Shown here: one piece after another, positions 59,098 through 64,000 of the stretch
Layout of the letters: every line of letters begins with the position of its first letter
How positions within the stretch are numbered: the stretch's first letter is position 1
Origin: Phyllobates terribilis
Lineage: Eukaryota
NCBI RefSeq assembly: GCF_046119375.1
Contig: NW_027362771.1
Coordinates: 404,736,001-404,800,000, forward strand
DNA length: 64,000 nt
Direction of reading: 5' to 3'
The notes under the pieces: model-generated
Told to the model about the DNA's origin: nothing
The model's database searches: none
The model's input: only the letters and a program-made list of their open reading frames with translations
Program-made: the position numbers and the translations under genes

Positions 59098-60925
59098 TAG
59101 ATACTCTCGTTGGATGCTGAGAAAGCATTCCATAGAGTCTCCTGGCACGCCATATATGATTCTCTTAAAAAGCTTGGGGTAGGGGTCTAGGGGACCCTTT
59201 TATAGCCAAAATCACGGCCCTGTATCGCAATACGTCACCTAGGCTGAAGATAAATGGAACTGTAGCACCCTGAGGGCTCGGTTGCTAAAGACGTATTGCA
59301 CCTCACCCAGAGGTGTGATATCTCACTCTCAGGTAAGGATGGAGTGTGGATCAGGACCCGACACCTGCATGCATTACACCACATTGCCGTGGGGCAGGGC
59401 GACCAATATGCCCCTGAGATGGGCACGACAGTCCCTGTCCCAGGCTGGAGTGGGGGGAGGGAACACTGAGGAAGGGGAACCCTGTAGTGCAGGAGCAGGG
59501 AGGAAGCAGTTCCTGGGTGCATTGAGAAGGGAGTATAAAAGGTGGGCACCATCTTAGTTCAGTGCAGAGAAGTCTGAGCAGAAGTGGCAGGGAGCAGGGG
59601 CTCTGCATGAGCTCTGCTCCGGAGGCGGGCCTAGTAACAGAGGCCCAGGCCTGGAAGAGGGAGAAGGAAGGAAGAGGAGCGGAGAAGGCTCCAGGAAAGA
59701 GGAATGAAGGGATCCCAGGGGTGCGGACGGGCGAGTCGCCACCGCACGCCCGAATCCACCTGCGTGGAGGGGTCAGGCCAAAGGGGGAGACCGGTCCCCG
59801 AACTAGTGGAGGCAGGAAACGACCCTCAGCTAGAAACCGGAGGCTCTGACATTTTATGTGGCACAGCCCCTCGCTACACCCGCTAGGAAGGCACCACATA
59901 GGGTCAGGGAAACTGGCACCAAGTTTACCAAGAGGAGGCCCGAGGCAGCCGGACAGAAGTGTTGGTAAGAAAGGCCAGACAAAGGACACACAAAGGGGGT
60001 CCTGTGAAGTGCTCCAAAGTTATCTGGGAGTTGTCTGAGCCCCTCACCTGGTGAGCACAGTACGACGTGGGCAGCCGTTACCTGCAGACGTGGTCTGGAT
60101 AATAAGAACTGTGAGTAAAGGCCCTGAACTGCATCACTGACTCCGTGTCGTTACTGCTGCTGCCCTGCACCATCACCCCCATCCTCCGCATACACTGCCC
60201 TGAGGCTATACTCCTCCCGTGGGGAGTTATGCTACGCTCTGCTGCACCCACAACACCAGCCTCAGTGGTCTGCCCCGTAGCGGCGGTTCACTCTGACCGC
60301 AATCCACGGGTGGCGTAGTCGGACATTTAAACATGAAAACCACATAAATAGTTCCGCCACTGGTTTGACCACCCTGAGCCACGGAACTGGGTCGCCGCCA
60401 CGAAGACTACAACCACCAGCATCCACCAAAAAGGGTCCGGCTCCGGGTGTCCCAAGGCCCAGGGGGTGCGTCAGAACATTTTCATCACCTTTCACAATCA
60501 CCAATGGGACAAGGCAGTGATGTCCTCTGTCCCCTCTCTTATACATCCTAGTGACGGAGCACCTGCTCTCATCAATTCGCCATAACCCCAATATTAGGTG
60601 GATTGAGGTGGGAGGCACCGAGTACAAGTGCTCTCTATTTGCTGATGATGTCCTAGTATATATCACTCAATCACATATATCCATCCATGCTGTTATGGCT
60701 GAAATAGATCACTTTGTTACATGGTAAAATTTTAAAATCAGTGCAGCGAAGTCTGAGGCCCTCGATGTCTCCCTCCCCAAATCCATATAGGATTCCATCC
60801 AGTCCAACTTTCCCTTTGCCTGGCCCTCACAGGGTATCAAATACTTAGGAATTCCTATTCATAGAGACCTCTCCCATCTATGTTATCTTAATTTTGGGCC
60901 CTTTATTGAACAACTCCATACAGAC
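59098..60925 (+). mobile_element. LINE-1 reverse transcriptase fragment, split by a solo LTR
   Basis: ILSLDAEKAFHRVSW (from 59100), KITALYRNTSPRLKING|TFSSPFTITNGTRQ*CPLSPLL reading across the LTR, then SLFADDVL and IKYLGI. Confidence 0.88.
59261..60473 (+). mobile_element. 1.2-kb solo LTR (Gypsy-like)
   Basis: TGTAGCACCC...GGGTGCGTCA termini. 4-bp TSD GAAC at 59257-59260 and 60474-60477. Removing it rejoins the L1 RT frame. TATAAAA at about 59534. Confidence 0.85.
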
Positions 60926-60995
60926 CACGGTTGGCAAGTTAGAACTGTAAGATTCACTACGTGAACCACTGGTGTTTTGTGGAAAAGCACATGTA

Positions 60996-62090
60996 CACCG
61001 CGTTCCAAATTATTATGCAAAAAGTGTTTAGGAGTGATAAGGGAAGAATTTGTTTGTTTGTCAGTTAAACTCATTGATGGTGATGTGTGTCAGGGCTCTT
61101 TATATCACTGTAAGCAATTGCAGACACCTGTGCTAATTAGTTTGGCAATTACGTCAGGTTGAAAGAGCAGCGGCAAAAAAGCCTTGTCATAGCAGCAGAC
61201 AAGTTTTTGAAGCTGCTTGTGCCTCCAACGTCCCCCGAACAACAAGATGCAGGGTCCTTCAGAGGTTTGCAGCTGTGCATGCGCCATCCTGTCGACCTCC
61301 TCTATCCACTTCACACAAGCAGAAACGGCTCCAGTGGGCCAAACATTACATGAAGACTGATTTCAAAACTGTTTTGTTCACGGATGAGTGCCATGCAGCG
61401 CTCGATGGTCCAGATGGATGGAGTGGAGGATGGCTGGTTGATGGACACCCCACGCAAACACGGCTACAGCGCCAACAAGGAGGAGGTGGAGTAATGTTTT
61501 GGGCTGGAATCATGGGGAGAGAGATTGTCGGCCCCTTTAGGATCCCTGAAGGCGCTAAAGATGAACTCCATAATGTATGTGGATTTTCTCAAACAGCACT
61601 TCCTGCCATGGTTCAAGAAGAAGAACCGTGTATTTCACAGCAAGATCATTTTTCTGCATGATAATGCACCATCTCATGCTGCACATAAAACATCTGCATC
61701 TCTGGCTGATATGGGCATAAAAGGGGACAAACTTATGGTGTGACCCCCATGCTCCCCTGACCTCTACCCCATTCAGAACCTTTGGAGCATCATTAAACGG
61801 AGTGTCTATGATGGCGGGAGGCAGTTCACATCTAAGCAACAGCTCTGGGAGGGTATTCTGTCCTCATGCAAAACAATTGAAGCAGAAACCATCCAAAACC
61901 TGACAAATTCAATGGACGAGAGAGTTCAGAAGCTCCTTTCGAACAAGGGGTCCTATGTGAAAATATAACATCACCTAGAATAAAGTTTTGAGTTGAAAAC
62001 TGTTTGATTTCAGTTTCTAACAACCTGCTAATGCTTATAATTTCAAAAATGACCATTTTTTTGGTCTTTATTAAAATGAAAAGGTTGATC
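60996..62090 (+). mobile_element. Tc1-like DD37E (TRT-type) element, internally and 3' deleted
   Basis: TA followed by CACCGCGTTCCAAATTATTATGCAA. VLFTDEC, FLHDNAPSH...PDLYPIQ with 37 residues between the second D and the position of E (mutated to Q). Stop at 61966-61968. Confidence 0.85.
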
Positions 62091-62094
62091 GAAA

Positions 62095-62210
62095 AGTTTG
62101 GGGGATCTAAGAGTGTGGCAACCCAGTAGTCATGATTACTTCGAATTCTGACAATATGAGGGTCATGCTGCAGGTAGTGCAGCAAGAAGGCACTTATGTG
62201 CCTTGCGCAT
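62095..62210 (-). pseudogene. Duplicate hAT-B transposase fragment (with 60925-60995 on the other side of the TRT element)
   Basis: LLHYLQHDPHIVRIRSNHDYWVATLLDP matches 63037-63150. 60925-60995 matches 62880-62949. Confidence 0.85.
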
Positions 62211-62426
62211 CTCGGAGCCCCAAAATTATTTTCCGGGCTAGATGCAGCTAAAAATTATTATTAATTTTAAATCTGGTGAAGCTTTAGTATAGATGGCCTA
62301 ATAGGATCAGTGCTGCACACTGCTACAAAGCCCAAATTATTTTCCAGTCAAGATACAGATAAACATGATAAGTAATTTGAAAGCTTAAAACGGTTGGTAG
62401 GGTGATTTTAACCAATCATCAAGCTT

Positions 62427-63998
62427 TTACTCTCCCCAGGATGACACAGGGGTAGAAAAGTCGTTTCGGATCCATGATTTGTTCATCTTTATGAACGTGA
62501 GTCTGTCTACATTATCAGTGGAGAGCCGCGTGCGCTTATCTGTCAGCACACCACCAGCAGCGCTGAACACACGTTCAGACAGAACGCTGGCTGCGGGGCA
62601 TGACAAGATCTCCAAGGCGTAAGTGGCTAGCTCCGGCCATTTATCCAGATTGGAAGCCCAAAAAGAGCAAGGGTCCAGTGACACAGTCGTGGCTTCAATG
62701 TTTACTTGGAGATACTCCTGTACCATCGTCTCTAGGCGTTGACTATGTGTCAGACTTCTTGTCTCCTGTGGCCTTGCAAAGGATGGGCTAAAAAAGTGGT
62801 GAAATGATTCCGCAAAATTGATGTTACCAGCAGATACTGTGGTTCTGTCACGGTTTGAGTGCTGAACACTTGACGGTCTCACGGTTGGCAAGTTGGAACT
62901 GTGAGATTCACTACGTGCACCACTGGTATTTTGTGGAAAAGCACATGTAAGATTCTGCAACAGTCTCTGCTGATACTCCTGCATGCGTGCATCCCTTTCT
63001 ATGGCAGGAATAATTTCTGCAAATTTACTTTTGTACCGGGGATCTAACAGTGTGGCAACCCAGTAGTCAGGATTATTTCTAATTCTCACAATTCGAGGGT
63101 CATGTTGCAGGTAGTGCAGCAAGAAGGCACTCATGTGTGTTGCGCATCCAGGAGCACCAAGTCCCTGTTGTGTTGGTGGCGAGGTAACAATCATGCTTCC
63201 TTCCTCTGTCCTCTCCCCCCAACCTCGCACAACAGAAATGTGATCAAGGTCTCCCTCATCTGATGAGTCTTCCATCAGTTCGTCCTCCACTTCTTCCTGG
63301 GCTCCTGCACCTTCCTCACTAGTTTGGCTGCTACCATGCGCCCTGGTAAAACCATCTCCCCCACCCTCACATGCCTGCCGCCTTGGTGCTGCCGACCGTC
63401 TGGACCTTGCAGATGTTAGCCCTTCCGCATACAACTCCTCCTCCTCTACTTCCTCCACCTCCTCTTGTGCCACCACCTGACTCCGAATTCTGTTTAACAT
63501 GTGCTCCAGCATGTAAATCACCGGAATAGTCATGCTGATAATGGCATCGTCAGCACTAAACATCTTTGTCGCCATTTCAAAACTGTGCAGAAGGGTGCAT
63601 AGGTCCCTGATCTGAGACCACTCCTCCAGCGTGATTTGCCCCACCTCTGAATCTCGTTGGCCCAGGCTATACGTCAGAACGTATTGCACCAGGGCTTGTC
63701 GGTGCTGCCACAGTCGCTGCAACATGTGCAGAGTTGAATTCCACCGGGTAGGCACATCGCATTTTAGCCGGTGAAGTGGCAGGCCCAACGACTTCTGTAG
63801 AGATGTAAGTCGCTGAGCTGCGGGATGCGAACGGCGGAAGTGAGCACACAGCGACCGTGCCCTCTGCAGAAGGCCATCTAGTCTGGGATAGTGGGCTAAA
63901 AATTGCTGGACAACCAGGTTCAACACGTGAGCCATACAAGGCACGTGTGTGACATTGCCCCGGCGAAGGGCCGCACCCAGGTTTGCAGCATTGTCGCA
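62427..63998 (-). CDS. hAT family B transposase, uninterrupted and open to the window edge (at least 523 codons)
   Basis: CDNAANL, CMAH (CxxH), PTRWNST, acidic insertion, YWVATLLDPRYK, SVLSERVFSAAG, RLTFIKMN. No stop from 63998 to 62427. Confidence 0.92.
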   Translation of the reverse strand, partial: CDNAANLGAALRRGNVTHVPCMAHVLNLVVQQFLAHYPRLDGLLQRARSLCAHFRRSHPAAQRLTSLQKSLGLPLHRLKCDVPTRWNSTLHMLQRLWQHRQALVQYVLTYSLGQRDSEVGQITLEEWSQIRDLCTLLHSFEMATKMFSADDAIISMTIPVIYMLEHMLNRIRSQVVAQEEVEEVEEEELYAEGLTSARSRRSAAPRRQACEGGGDGFTRAHGSSQTSEEGAGAQEEVEDELMEDSSDEGDLDHISVVRGWGERTEEGSMIVTSPPTQQGLGAPGCATHMSAFLLHYLQHDPRIVRIRNNPDYWVATLLDPRYKSKFAEIIPAIERDARMQEYQQRLLQNLTCAFPQNTSGARSESHSSNLPTVRPSSVQHSNRDRTTVSAGNINFAESFHHFFSPSFARPQETRSLTHSQRLETMVQEYLQVNIEATTVSLDPCSFWASNLDKWPELATYALEILSCPAASVLSERVFSAAGGVLTDKRTRLSTDNVDRLTFIKMNKSWIRNDFSTPVSSWGE

Positions 63999-64000
63999 CA

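Noticed and set aside
59351-59989. 212-aa Pro/Ser-rich ORF
   Set aside because: It lies inside a GC-rich solo LTR, has low-complexity composition and shows no homology evidence.

Overview
A gene-free, almost wholly repeat-derived vertebrate window; the element families suggest an anuran (frog) genome, which is inference. It is a nested transposon landscape. It holds five copies of a large hAT (Ac-type, BED-finger) family, two of them complete with 8-bp TSDs, and a second hAT family whose transposase ORF is open to the window edge. Six Tc1-like elements are present: an inverted DD34E pair, a fold-back derivative, an extended-TIR copy, a DD37E/TRT-type copy and a relic. There are two chromodomain Ty3/Gypsy elements (one young, with a single gag-pol frame broken by only three stops), two solo LTRs, LINE-1 and Penelope fragments, a tRNA-derived SINE, a degenerate 18S rRNA fragment and a 3.8-kb 52-bp satellite inside a hAT arm. 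The most notable observations are a Penelope-associated hammerhead ribozyme plus fold-back hairpins with hammerhead-like loops, antisense transposase modules in hAT 3' arms (a Mu-killer-like layout), a satellite born from a hAT subterminal repeat, and tRNA-independent self-priming signatures in both Gypsy families. No host protein-coding gene was recognised. Identity values are by-eye estimates, not computed.
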